The notes below the pieces were generated by a model. It was not told where the DNA came from. It saw nothing but the letters and a program-made list of their open reading frames with translations, and did no database searches. A program made the position numbers and the translations under genes. A DNA stretch of 64,000 nt from Dehalococcoidia bacterium. GTDB taxonomy: Bacteria; Chloroflexota; Dehalococcoidia; Lucifugimonadales; GCA-2712585. The stretch is taken from NCBI GenBank assembly GCA_965207845.1, contig CBDBNU010000003.1, positions 1,385,862 to 1,449,861 on the forward strand, written 5' to 3'. How positions within the stretch are numbered: position 1 is the first letter of the stretch; each line of letters begins with the position of its first letter. Shown piece by piece: positions 1 to 9,614 of this stretch.

Positions 1-546
1 ATGGAGCAGATTCAGCCTAACAGCGGACTTGGGAAACCATGCCCGTCTGTTTGAGTTCGAAAGCAACTGGTTGGTTCTGGGATCAAACTAAGATGTGACT
101 CCTACCAAAACGTCCTCACCTTGTTGGGCTGCGGAATAAGCACACGCCAAGAATCTGTCTCGCAGAGTCGATTGCGCACCTCCTGGGCCGCGTTGACAGT
201 GAGTACGTAGGCCTTAATGGTATTACGTTTGTCTTGCACAATCCAACCCATCGCGTCATTTCAATCCCGTACCGGTCCTGTGGGTCGGTGTGACGTTCAC
301 ACTTTCGTCGGCGAGAATCAGCAAGGCTTCTAGTCAAGTCCTCCCTCCCAGCTCTTTCGGGCGTTGACTATTGCCTTGCTTAACTGATGCCCATCATTAA
401 CCTTTATTACTCTTCCAACTCATCTGCAGTCCTTCCTTGGCAGAATCTTGGTATCTTGCGCAATTCGGTTTTCTCAACACCGCTTCCTCGCCGCGCCACA
501 TATGTGGTTTTCTTGTTTCCCCGAATCCGGCCTAGTGTCCTCGACC

Positions 547-3327
547 TTAAGATTCCTCCACTGAAACTTGCTCTTGGAGTCCAAGATCAGTGAGAGCTTG
601 TCGTAATTCCAACTGAAAGCCCTGGGCCAGACCCGCATCGACGCTCACCGAGAACTCGACTCCCACGCTCAGGGCATTCCCAGTACGAAGCTTAGGCAAA
701 ATTCTCGTGCCGAGCCGGTTCCAGACTTCAGGAGGTACAGTTCCTTTGAGCCGTAGGGTTGCTTTCCGGCCCGTCTTAATGGGCAACTGGACCTGGGTTT
801 CATCTGGACCTGGCGATGAGCCCGGCTCACTCGCTTTTTCCTCAATTGGGACTACTTCCGGCTGTACAGGCTTAGCGTTTTCCGAAGCCGCTTGGAGTTC
901 CTCAGCTTTCGCCTTGGTCAACAGGAAGACCCCAGACTCAAATGCCACTTCTTCTGATCCAACCGGTTTCTTGAACCATAATCTTGTGTAGTTGCCGCCT
1001 TCCTTATCTCCGGAGGCGAGACCGAAGTCCCCTTTTTCAACGAACTCCATTATGCGCCGCCGTAGGACCGCATCCGGGTCGATCAGCCGCGTCAGTGCGC
1101 CGTTAAGGAAGCTCTGACGCAGGCTGGTCAACGGCCAAGCTCCGGAGTTTTTGAACGCAGGAGGCCAATGCCTATCGATGTATCCGGCGCCGACGGATTC
1201 GTTGAGTAGCGCACTCGACTTCAAAGCTGCGATGACGCGCCCACACAGAGTCTCGCTACCGCTTGAATGTCCCGCTCCGAGGTCAATGACCTTCAATCCG
1301 CCTTCAGCTTGGTTATCGGCCAGAGCCACAAATCGGTAGCCCCCCCATACTTCGTCTTTCGCTGCTGCCTCCGCTTCCTTTACCATGACCTGAACTTCTG
1401 CTCGGTCGCTACGGTCGAATTCTGCACCAAGGATGCCCTGGGAGACCTCATGGGCGACTCGCCGCCAGGCAAGCAACAGCTCGACACTCTCTCTAAGCTC
1501 GCGGCCTGGCTTCCTTGCGCACCACACCAATGCCCCAGGATATAGTCGCGCCGACCTGCCCCGCTCTTTAGTCCACCTACCGATACGTTCCGCCAGTTGC
1601 TCACCTTCTCTCCACTCTTCCACAGGGTCAAGGACAATCATCGTAAGCCGAAGCGAATCCGGCACCGCATCGCCGTCCTTCGGGAAGTAAACGATCGGGA
1701 CAGATGCGCCGCGAGCGAATTCACCTTCTACTTGTTTACGCAATGCAGGCCTGATCTCTGTCTCCTCATCGAGGGAGGCACGACGGTCGCTAACGACTTT
1801 TCTCAGCGTCGCCTGATGGTGAATGCGGTAGCCGTCAGTGCCCATCTTACGCATGAAAAAGCCGGTTTTCTCCAGGGTTGTCGCAGCATTGTCGACGGTT
1901 GTAGTCTCGACCTCCGGCTCTCCGAGGGCAAACCGCAGCTCCGGCAAGTGGGCAACCTTCTCCACCTGCCCACCGGAAGACTCGAACAGGATGGCAGTTC
2001 CCACCCTGCGGTGGATGTCGCGTAGAGCGCCCTTGAAGTCCACATCGAGGGCCTTGCTATGTGCGGTCTCGCCCGCGATATCCGCATCTATGGCCACGTC
2101 TAGGCGGGACTCGCCCAACTGACCCAGTACCACGGCACGAAACTCGGGCACTTCTAACGGTGCTGAGCCGAGGGTAATCAGGGGCTCAGAGCGAGCGTGC
2201 CGAAACTGGTCCTGCGCAGCCCAAGATATCCACTGCGCCAACATTGCCAAGGCTCCCCTGGTCTGTTGGAACTGAGGAAGGGCGCGCCACTTCCGTTGGA
2301 ATACGGAGAGGGTGGACGGATGGAACGGATAGGACGACTCGAATCGTCTGCGGAGAAAGTCCTGAGCCTTGCTTCCGGTGGTAGCCGTATCTACAACTGT
2401 CCACTCGAAGGGGAGCCTGGCGGTCCTCTCGAAGCACCATTCGGCATAAGTCCTAGACACATTCCGACGGACTCGCTCGCTGCCCAGGTCTTCGAAGAGT
2501 CGACGGCGCACCACTTCGCTTATCTCCGACTCGTCATTCGCAATAAGGTCGCGGGCGACGCGGCGGACAACCTTTGTGATGCGGTCCTGCCATTCCTGGT
2601 CCCACGCTGTCATCTCCACCTGGCTACGCGGCAGGCTTATGACCGCCGCTGCATGAGTCGTTCCAGTGATGGCGACAGTTAAATTTTGGAGAAACGCGTG
2701 GAAACTCTCTGACATGCCTCTGTGCCTATTTACGAAGTTCAGCACTTCGTCGAACAGAATCAACACGGGTGCATTAGCTGCGGCAAACACTCTGGCTAGA
2801 GCTTCAGTCCCCGGCGGTGTCGTCTGCGCTGCGCTGCCCAGTGCGGCAACACCTGCATCTCCCGCAAGCTGTCTAGCCAGATCGATCCATGGTGTTTCTC
2901 TCCCTTCCGACGGGTCCCAGGCGTTACCAACGAAGACACCGACTCGGGCATCAGGGCTATCAGTAACGCCGGCGTTGTGCAGAAGCTCGGTAACGCCGGG
3001 AAGGTTACGGGCCTCTCTTCCCGCATTAGCGAGGTGATATAACGCAGTGAGTGTATGAGTCTTCCCGCCTCCAAATTGGGTTACCAAAGTCAGCACTGGC
3101 GCAGTGTTCTCGGTCCTGCCGAAAAGTCGGCGAAGAACCATGCCGGAATGCTCCGTCAAGGCGCGGGTAAAGCATGTGCGCGAGAAAAACTGCTCCGGCT
3201 CACTGTAGTCCAGAGGCGCAGTTCCCGCCACCACCTGCTCTAAGGCGATAGCAAACTCGTCCGGGCTAAAGGAACGGCCCTCTCGGACTTCCTTGCGTAG
3301 CTTCACTACTCTGTACCAGGGTTGCAT
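547..3327 (-). CDS. DUF499-family P-loop ATPase (COG1483-like), partner of DUF1156 methyltransferase
   Basis: 926-aa ORF. N-terminus MQPWYRVVKLRKEV...FFSRTCFTRAL...TQFGGGKTHTLTALYHLA matches the DUF499 signature, including the GGGKTH P-loop. Its ATG directly abuts the stop of the upstream ORF (3328). Confidence 0.85.
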   Translation of the reverse strand: MQPWYRVVKLRKEVREGRSFSPDEFAIALEQVVAGTAPLDYSEPEQFFSRTCFTRALTEHSGMVLRRLFGRTENTAPVLTLVTQFGGGKTHTLTALYHLANAGREARNLPGVTELLHNAGVTDSPDARVGVFVGNAWDPSEGRETPWIDLARQLAGDAGVAALGSAAQTTPPGTEALARVFAAANAPVLILFDEVLNFVNRHRGMSESFHAFLQNLTVAITGTTHAAAVISLPRSQVEMTAWDQEWQDRITKVVRRVARDLIANDESEISEVVRRRLFEDLGSERVRRNVSRTYAEWCFERTARLPFEWTVVDTATTGSKAQDFLRRRFESSYPFHPSTLSVFQRKWRALPQFQQTRGALAMLAQWISWAAQDQFRHARSEPLITLGSAPLEVPEFRAVVLGQLGESRLDVAIDADIAGETAHSKALDVDFKGALRDIHRRVGTAILFESSGGQVEKVAHLPELRFALGEPEVETTTVDNAATTLEKTGFFMRKMGTDGYRIHHQATLRKVVSDRRASLDEETEIRPALRKQVEGEFARGASVPIVYFPKDGDAVPDSLRLTMIVLDPVEEWREGEQLAERIGRWTKERGRSARLYPGALVWCARKPGRELRESVELLLAWRRVAHEVSQGILGAEFDRSDRAEVQVMVKEAEAAAKDEVWGGYRFVALADNQAEGGLKVIDLGAGHSSGSETLCGRVIAALKSSALLNESVGAGYIDRHWPPAFKNSGAWPLTSLRQSFLNGALTRLIDPDAVLRRRIMEFVEKGDFGLASGDKEGGNYTRLWFKKPVGSEEVAFESGVFLLTKAKAEELQAASENAKPVQPEVVPIEEKASEPGSSPGPDETQVQLPIKTGRKATLRLKGTVPPEVWNRLGTRILPKLRTGNALSVGVEFSVSVDAGLAQGFQLELRQALTDLGLQEQVSVEES

Positions 3328-3705
3328 CTATTCTTCACCTCGCTCCAGATTTTCCCTTGAGCGAATACGTACTCGGTTCCGCGTCACTACAATCAGCGAC
3401 CCTTCGCGCATGGCGTTCGGACGGATCACGATGAGTTCCCGCATAGCCTCGACCTTCTCTGCTACCGGCATATCAACGAAGCGCACTATGCACGGATGGG
3501 GCAGCCCACGTACGAATACCAACTCCCCGAAGTCCTTGTCTTCGGTGATGAGTATCCGGTCCTCCCCCACCGCAAGGGCCATGATCTCTTGATCTGTGGC
3601 TTTCTGATCAACGTCGAGGGCTGACAGAACATCGTGCCCTTCCTCAATCAGCATGGAGTGCATGCTCCGTGACGCCGCGCATACGTCAAGAAGGAATCTC
3701 ATCAC
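3328..3705 (-). CDS. DUF5615 (Mut7-C/PIN-like) putative toxin
   Basis: 125-aa ORF. The motif DQEIMALAVGEDRILITEDKDFGELV is typical of DUF5615 proteins. It starts 2 nt after a DUF433 gene. Confidence 0.75.
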   Translation of the reverse strand: MMRFLLDVCAASRSMHSMLIEEGHDVLSALDVDQKATDQEIMALAVGEDRILITEDKDFGELVFVRGLPHPCIVRFVDMPVAEKVEAMRELIVIRPNAMREGSLIVVTRNRVRIRSRENLERGEE

Positions 3706-3707
3706 GC

Positions 3708-3956
3708 CTACCGGACGGCCATGCGCTCATGTACCTGCTCACCTGCCATTGAACGGTGGGCGTACAGCAGGCACGCTCGAATGTCGTCGGACTCTAGGAA
3801 TGGATACTCACTCAGAATCTTTTCCGTCGTTTCGCCAGATGCAAGCATTCCCAGGACGTTCTCCACCGATATCCGCATATCGCGGATAATTGGCTTACCC
3901 CCAAATACGTCCGGGCGTACAGTAATGCGATGTAGAATCTCGTGATCGTCTGTCAT
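3708..3956 (-). CDS. DUF433 putative antitoxin
   Basis: 82-aa ORF. ITVRPDVFGGKPIIRDMRISVENVLGMLASGETTEKILSEYPFLESDDIRACLLYA matches the DUF433 pattern. Confidence 0.8.
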   Translation of the reverse strand: MTDDHEILHRITVRPDVFGGKPIIRDMRISVENVLGMLASGETTEKILSEYPFLESDDIRACLLYAHRSMAGEQVHERMAVR

Positions 3957-4010
3957 GGCTCGTCCTCCTAACTTGGTTCTGTTGCACTTATCTGGGTGAT
4001 CACCACCGGG

Positions 4011-4343
4011 TCATACGCCATGTTCCAAGTAACTCTCAGCCATGGAGTCCGCAAGATCGGCAGCAGCAACGGATAAATTGGTGAGCACAGCCATGAATGC
4101 CAAACGTCTCTTCTGTGCAAGTGCGATATTCTCCTTATCGCAAGTCCAATCTTTGGAAACCTCGTAATACCGTTTACACGCTGCGTCTAGTAGTTCCTGA
4201 TAAGCGGGGGCAAAAAGGCACTCGACCCACTCTCTATCCTTTCCCGGAATAGGCAGTACGGTTGAATTGAACATCAGCGGATTTTCGTATACATATCCGG
4301 AATTGTCCTCTCCGACGATGGTGTCATAGCTACCGATACTCAT
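4011..4343 (-). CDS. hypothetical protein (no recognisable domain) inside the DUF1156/DUF499 operon
   Basis: 110-aa ORF, co-directional, 66 nt downstream of the methyltransferase. No motif recognised. Confidence 0.5.
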   Translation of the reverse strand: MSIGSYDTIVGEDNSGYVYENPLMFNSTVLPIPGKDREWVECLFAPAYQELLDAACKRYYEVSKDWTCDKENIALAQKRRLAFMAVLTNLSVAAADLADSMAESYLEHGV

Positions 4344-4409
4344 TGACTTTCTCCTCCGTAATTGCTACCCGGCGAATTGCAATAGAGCCGCTAAGCTTGT
4401 TTGATTGAG

Positions 4410-7409
4410 TTACCTAGGTGCTGCTAATAGCATAGCATCCAGCAGTCGCTTCTCCTCGCTCCCGCGCGGGTAGAGGGCGGTAAGGGCGTTTGCGAGGCGA
4501 AGGAATTCAGGGCCGCGGTCCTGTTCTGAGCGTAGCAGGTTGCGCAGGGCTTGGCTCCGGCCTGAAGCTTGCAGCAGCATGGCCGCATGAACCCGATCCA
4601 GCGTGGTCGCGGACAACGTCAGCCCGGAGCTGTCGTCGATCGGAGATGATGACCTTCTGCGACGGCGTGTGCGGCCCCGTATTGGCGGGGCGCCCTCCGG
4701 AAACAGGCTCAGCTGGGGATTGACATTCGCTACCGACTCCATCTCGTTGGCAATTGTGTCGGTTCCTGACTCACCGAAGAGCTGCTTGCTCCGCTCGGTG
4801 ACGGGGAGCAATCGCACCACGCCCTTCCTAGTCTCGATGATGCGGGCCTCCCATTCATCCAGATGGATTCCCAAAGGTTGGGCGAACCGTCGCGCTACGT
4901 CGAATGGCAGGCTGAAGCCGTACGACTTCCTGCGTGGCGCTCCATCCTCTTCGTCGTTGGAGTCCGTTCCGTTTGCGGGGTGCGGAACCTCCGACGTGCT
5001 TTGCATGGTCCAGAGGAACAGTGCAGTCAGGCGGGAGTCCTCCTCCAACGGACCTGCCACACCGTTGCGGGCCTGAGCCTCCGCTGTACCCAACACCTGC
5101 TCCAACGCCTCGCGGCCGACGACCTCCCACACCTTTTCCAGGTACTCCGGCAGACCGACTTCCCGGCCTTCCGCTGTCTCTACGGCGCGATATCGGCTGT
5201 AAATCTCCAGGGCCGGGCCAACGCAGGCGAACACTAGATCCGCGCCCCGGACACCCTCTCCTTGGAGCCGCTGCATCCAATCGCCAACACGGTCAGGCAA
5301 TTCCTGCAGAACGTCGGCCCAATCGCCTATCGGCGCATCCTCTGGCCGTGGGCGACAGATTAGATGGATGCTAGTGGCCAAAGCCGCGGATTCACGAGCA
5401 CGAAGCCGCGAACCCATCTCAGTAGAAATGGGCCAGGAACCTGTGATAGTCCAGCCGCCACGAGTCATGCCGGAAAGCAGAGCCTCCCACCCCTCAGTGG
5501 TCTTGTGGGCAAATACCACTGAACCTACGCCATCCTCACGTAGCACGCGGCGACCTTCGTAGAAGGCCTTTGCCATTGCCTCTTCAAACCACTGACGGGT
5601 TTTGCGCCGTCCACCATCGAGTTTTGTTTCGTCTTGCACGATCTCTCGCACCTTGGGTGACGACGGATTGTCTAGGTGGAACGGATTTTGCAGTAGAGAG
5701 TGAATTGGAAGAGAGCGCTCAAGCCAGACCAAGAAGAAGTCGGCAAGATCGGCGTAGGGCACCGCGTCGTAATATGGAGGATCCGCAAAGTAAGTGCTCG
5801 CTGCTTGGTCAGGTAGCGGGTGCTTAGTGGCATCCACGGATTGAACCTGACCTATATTCGAGAGGTTTTGTTTCTCAATTACCTTCGCAACCCACTCTAC
5901 ATGGGCCATCCAGTTGCCCGTCGCGTTGCAAAGAGGGTTTGATTCTGTAAAATCCCATACCATTGGCAGCACTTGTCGGGCGAAAAGGTGAGAAACCTTT
6001 TCGCCCGACAAGTGCCATGACCCTAAATTAGAACAATAATCTGCATTTTTTGAGACAGCCAGTGCCAAGCTGGTGCGTACTGGATGGAGCGTGGACTCGC
6101 CAACTACTTTATTTACGAGACTTACCAGCAGAGTTAACGCAGCCTTCTGACGAGCGGTGAACAGGTCTCCCCATTGGAACATTCCGTATCGTTGGACACT
6201 GAAAGCTCGACCTGCACCGGAGCCTCCACCCGCCGGAGTCGACTCATTGGGCACGGGGCTTAGTCCCTGTCTCCCACTCCGCTCCCATTTTCCAATAATG
6301 CTCGCTGTGCGCTCTTGTGCAAATCGAACTGCAACGTAGTCGGCATCGGTAGGCAGTCGGTAGTGGCGACCTTTTTCACCAGACTTGAGCGTAACCACAG
6401 CAATCAAGCGTGCACCACCGACGCGGTTACAATTCTCGTCGAATACCGCGTCTGCACCGCCGCGCAGTGCAGAAATCTGAGCGCGGACTCGTTGCGGCGG
6501 TAGCACTACGCCGCAGCAGATGCATGTTGCCTTTGCGCGAGAGACCGTGCCGTTGGCTACTTCTCTATCGGACTCCGGCTGGAATATCTCGAAATCAATT
6601 TGTGGAGGCCCATCGGTGGACTGCTTCTCTTGGGGTCGCAGCGCGAACTTTCGGTTGGGCTTCCGGCACAACCACATAGAGCGCATCAGGGGAATCTCGG
6701 CGCCACAGTCAGGGGCCTCGCAACGCACTGTCCGCGCCCAGAGATAGGCTATGGTCGTCGCGCCGTCCGGGTCTTTAGGGTAGAGGTCGGCCAGTTCCTT
6801 TTCAGCCTGGGCCTTGATCTCTGCACCAGCCTTGCGCAGTTCATCGGCCAATCCGGGGCCGTGGCGAGGAATGTCCTCCAGCAAAACCTTGAGGATCAGG
6901 CAGGCGACGGGATTGAGGTCGCTGGCAAAGGTGTCGCAGCCGAGGCGCAGGGCTTCAAGGGGAATGGAGCCGCCACCCGCAAAGGGGTCCACCACCAGCG
7001 GGGTCTCCTCCGGGTGTGCGGCCCTCACTAGGTTGCGCCCAGTCTCTAGGTACTCCTCCTTTGCCGAGTTATCCCAGTTGGCAAAGTCGGCGATAAACTT
7101 CAGAAGGGCTCGCCGAAGACCCACGTCCGCCTTGATCTGCTCATCCCACCCGCCAGGGCGAGTTCTCATCGCCAGCAGAATCTCCCGCGCACGGGTCTTG
7201 AATGCCTGCGGGCAATGTTCGTCGCACGGGTCCGGCAGTAGCAACTCCATGAGCACAGCCCGCGACGATGCTAAGGGCCGGCGCGCCCACCAGAGATGCA
7301 GCGTTGAAGGGTGTCCATGCCGGATAGACTTTTCCCGCACCGCGTGCCGTGACACCTCCGCAATGGGGAAGTCAACCTCGGCTAGGCGTTTACAGGCCGC
7401 GGGGATCAT
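4410..7409 (-). CDS. DUF1156-domain DNA methyltransferase with Zn-ribbon (COG1743-like; N6-A/N4-C class)
   Basis: 999-aa ORF. N-terminus REKSIRHGHPSTLHLWWARRPLASSRAVL is the DUF1156 hallmark. AdoMet motif VVDPFAGGGSIPLEA, catalytic FADPPYYD, and Cys pairs CEAPDCG...CICCG (Zn ribbon). Confidence 0.9.
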   Translation of the reverse strand: MIPAACKRLAEVDFPIAEVSRHAVREKSIRHGHPSTLHLWWARRPLASSRAVLMELLLPDPCDEHCPQAFKTRAREILLAMRTRPGGWDEQIKADVGLRRALLKFIADFANWDNSAKEEYLETGRNLVRAAHPEETPLVVDPFAGGGSIPLEALRLGCDTFASDLNPVACLILKVLLEDIPRHGPGLADELRKAGAEIKAQAEKELADLYPKDPDGATTIAYLWARTVRCEAPDCGAEIPLMRSMWLCRKPNRKFALRPQEKQSTDGPPQIDFEIFQPESDREVANGTVSRAKATCICCGVVLPPQRVRAQISALRGGADAVFDENCNRVGGARLIAVVTLKSGEKGRHYRLPTDADYVAVRFAQERTASIIGKWERSGRQGLSPVPNESTPAGGGSGAGRAFSVQRYGMFQWGDLFTARQKAALTLLVSLVNKVVGESTLHPVRTSLALAVSKNADYCSNLGSWHLSGEKVSHLFARQVLPMVWDFTESNPLCNATGNWMAHVEWVAKVIEKQNLSNIGQVQSVDATKHPLPDQAASTYFADPPYYDAVPYADLADFFLVWLERSLPIHSLLQNPFHLDNPSSPKVREIVQDETKLDGGRRKTRQWFEEAMAKAFYEGRRVLREDGVGSVVFAHKTTEGWEALLSGMTRGGWTITGSWPISTEMGSRLRARESAALATSIHLICRPRPEDAPIGDWADVLQELPDRVGDWMQRLQGEGVRGADLVFACVGPALEIYSRYRAVETAEGREVGLPEYLEKVWEVVGREALEQVLGTAEAQARNGVAGPLEEDSRLTALFLWTMQSTSEVPHPANGTDSNDEEDGAPRRKSYGFSLPFDVARRFAQPLGIHLDEWEARIIETRKGVVRLLPVTERSKQLFGESGTDTIANEMESVANVNPQLSLFPEGAPPIRGRTRRRRRSSSPIDDSSGLTLSATTLDRVHAAMLLQASGRSQALRNLLRSEQDRGPEFLRLANALTALYPRGSEEKRLLDAMLLAAPR

Positions 7410-9388
7410 TTGTGCCGTGCCTCGGATTGAGTCTTGAGGGAAACAACATTGTTGATGATAGTCTTCATAGACTCGCTGGACTTACCGTTTAATGTTGCAT
7501 TCTTGACGACAAATCCAAGAATCGATGGATTTTTGAGCGCGTGGTCTCTCTTGAGGATGCCTAATTCTTGTTGGGCCCTCGATAATTCTCGTGTGAATGG
7601 TTCCTTGCCTATTTCATCTTCCAAAGTCTTTTCTAAATTTACCTTGAAACAAGCGAAAGATTCTTCGATGATGCTTGGCCAATCTTCTTCGGTTTGGCCA
7701 AGAAGCTGGAGTAGATATCTGTTAGTTTCAGGTTTTCCATCCCTGTTGCCACAATCGCCGTCCCATACCACATACACCGGAATGCTCAGTTGTCTGAAAA
7801 TCACCAAGGGTCGGTCAAGATTGTTCTTGCCAAAACATGGAATGATCGTAATGCCCATACCATCAAGGTCAAGGTTCATTGATTTTGCGAATCCAAGAAT
7901 AGCAGCTCGGTCATCCTCTCCCTCAACCAAGACTACTACATCGGCAAAGAATCCCTCTCCCATCCAGGGAGTCATTAGGGATCGGAGGCGGGGCTGAAGT
8001 GTGTCAGACGTAAATTTTGCACCTTTTCGGCCACTCGCACTCCAAAGTTCGTCAGCGACTGCTTCCATATTGGCTGTCTTGAGTTGCGTACTCCTAGCCT
8101 TACCTTTGGCATGAGTAACCTTTCGCAAGACTCGTATCTGGTCGAAGCGGTCTAGCCCAACGAATAACGGGGAGTGCGTAGCGTAGATTACCTGAGTGTT
8201 TTGGGCGACCCCCGGGATCACCCCTGTAGACAGATTCAACAAGACCGTAGCTAGATGACGTTGACGGCTAGGATGCTGGTATAGCTCCGGTTCCTCAATT
8301 GCAAGAACAAGATTTGGCAGGAGAGGACCTTTGGCTTCTGCACTAGTCTCGTCTTCTTCGTCGGTCCCGCTATTCGGCGTGGGATCCGAATGTCTGATGG
8401 CGTCAAGATGTTGCAACATCGTGATGATGAAAGCCCGTTGGAGACCGTGCCCTGTCCTCTCCACCCTAGATTCGTATTCATCCTCTAAGAGCTTGACTTG
8501 TGCTTGCGGCAAGGGTATCGAGATCTCCATGAGTTCAGACCAGTTGAGGAGCACTTTTGTATCCGGTACGTATGATTGAAGAGTCGTGGACAAGTCATCT
8601 GCTAAATTGTCCAATTCCGTTAGCTTCCTTGGGTCCATTACTTGCTCATACTCGTCTTGTGTACGTTGTTTGAAATCCGCTACATCTTTTCTCTCGGAGA
8701 GCGCACTTCGGACAACCAGATCCATAATTTCTGTGACTGATGCTCCTCTCCTCTCATTTGCATCCTCCATAGCATCTCTCACAGCCGGTATGAATATGAA
8801 CCTAGTATATCGGCCGAGATAGCCTTGACCTACTTGTGTAAAGCCAAAGAACTGCCCATCGTCACGTAGTGGCAAACACTTGTCAGGATTCTGGTTTTCC
8901 CATTCGGCTAAATTCTGTCGTACCGCATCTGCTGAACGCGCAGCGGGCAAAGATGAGTATTCTGGGGTTTTCCTAAGGGCAGTGTAAGCCCGATTAACGT
9001 CCCTAGCGCCACCAGCATTTCTTACGAACGCAAAATCTTGATTCTGCAGCCGCATTCCATGATAAGTGCCTGACTTCCCCTTCTGCGGATCAGAAAAAAC
9101 CCTAACTACCGTTAGTGTGTCATTATCAAGATAAGGCGAGAAAAACTCCCTGGCTTCTTGACTAAGGCCTGAGAATGTGACGGCTATCTCAATATCTTGG
9201 GTCAAGTCTTCTGAGTAAAAATCCTCTACCGCCACCCTCGCTGATACGTTATAGAAGAGTTCTAGCGCGTTCAAAAATGAGGACTTTCCAGAACCGTTCC
9301 GCCCAACCAGTGCCGTAAGAGAATCACAGGGTAGGGTCTCATCAAAGATAGACCGCAAATTCTTCACATGGACTCTTTCAATCAGCAA
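7406..9388 (-). CDS. OLD-family nuclease (ABC-type ATPase + Toprim)
   Basis: 660-aa ORF. Walker A GRNGSGKSS, Walker B LVLAIEEPELYQHP, H-loop ATHSPLF, Toprim VVLVEGEDDRAAI and VVWDGDCG. Overlaps the methyltransferase start by 4 nt. Confidence 0.85.
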   Translation of the reverse strand: MLIERVHVKNLRSIFDETLPCDSLTALVGRNGSGKSSFLNALELFYNVSARVAVEDFYSEDLTQDIEIAVTFSGLSQEAREFFSPYLDNDTLTVVRVFSDPQKGKSGTYHGMRLQNQDFAFVRNAGGARDVNRAYTALRKTPEYSSLPAARSADAVRQNLAEWENQNPDKCLPLRDDGQFFGFTQVGQGYLGRYTRFIFIPAVRDAMEDANERRGASVTEIMDLVVRSALSERKDVADFKQRTQDEYEQVMDPRKLTELDNLADDLSTTLQSYVPDTKVLLNWSELMEISIPLPQAQVKLLEDEYESRVERTGHGLQRAFIITMLQHLDAIRHSDPTPNSGTDEEDETSAEAKGPLLPNLVLAIEEPELYQHPSRQRHLATVLLNLSTGVIPGVAQNTQVIYATHSPLFVGLDRFDQIRVLRKVTHAKGKARSTQLKTANMEAVADELWSASGRKGAKFTSDTLQPRLRSLMTPWMGEGFFADVVVLVEGEDDRAAILGFAKSMNLDLDGMGITIIPCFGKNNLDRPLVIFRQLSIPVYVVWDGDCGNRDGKPETNRYLLQLLGQTEEDWPSIIEESFACFKVNLEKTLEDEIGKEPFTRELSRAQQELGILKRDHALKNPSILGFVVKNATLNGKSSESMKTIINNVVSLKTQSEARHK

Positions 9389-9395
9389 GGCTTTG

Positions 9396-9614
9396 TCACT
9401 TTATTCGTTTGGTTGGATAACGCTCTCTGATGTGCTTATGGAAGTAAGAGCCTTTGGAGCCCGCTTGCATAAGGCTTATATTGACTGTTGTAGGCACGTT
9501 TGCGTATAGGTAAATTCTGCCTCCATGAAACTCAATCTCTAAGGTTTGTGTTAGTGGGTCATAGCCTACTGAGAGAATGTTACTTGACCTGATTCGTTCT
9601 CTATCCATCAGCAT
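9396..9614 (-). CDS. KTSC-domain protein (copy 1)
   Basis: 72-aa ORF. SSNILSVGYDPLTQTLEIEFHGGRIYLYANVP...SKGSYFHKHIRERYP follows the KTSC pattern. Its start overlaps the helicase stop by 14 nt. Confidence 0.8.
   Translation of the reverse strand: MLMDRERIRSSNILSVGYDPLTQTLEIEFHGGRIYLYANVPTTVNISLMQAGSKGSYFHKHIRERYPTKRIK

Noticed and set aside
1-546. ORFs 116-337 (minus) and 387-593 (plus), and a 49-aa minus-strand ORF (MGWIVQDKRNTIKAYVLTVNAAQEVRNRL..), in the left margin.
   Set aside because: No recognisable domain or convincing RBS. They are left unannotated rather than guessed.
4490-7437. Numerous 60-220-aa ORFs antisense to or out of frame with the large GC-rich genes. Examples are 4855-5280, 6814-7437, 9940-10749, 36055-36486, 36562-37059, 42149-42664, 47456-47977 and 59807-60487.
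   Set aside because: These are typical shadow ORFs of high-GC coding regions. They have low-complexity R/P/G/A-rich translations, no RBS and no recognisable motifs, and each overlaps a strongly supported gene.
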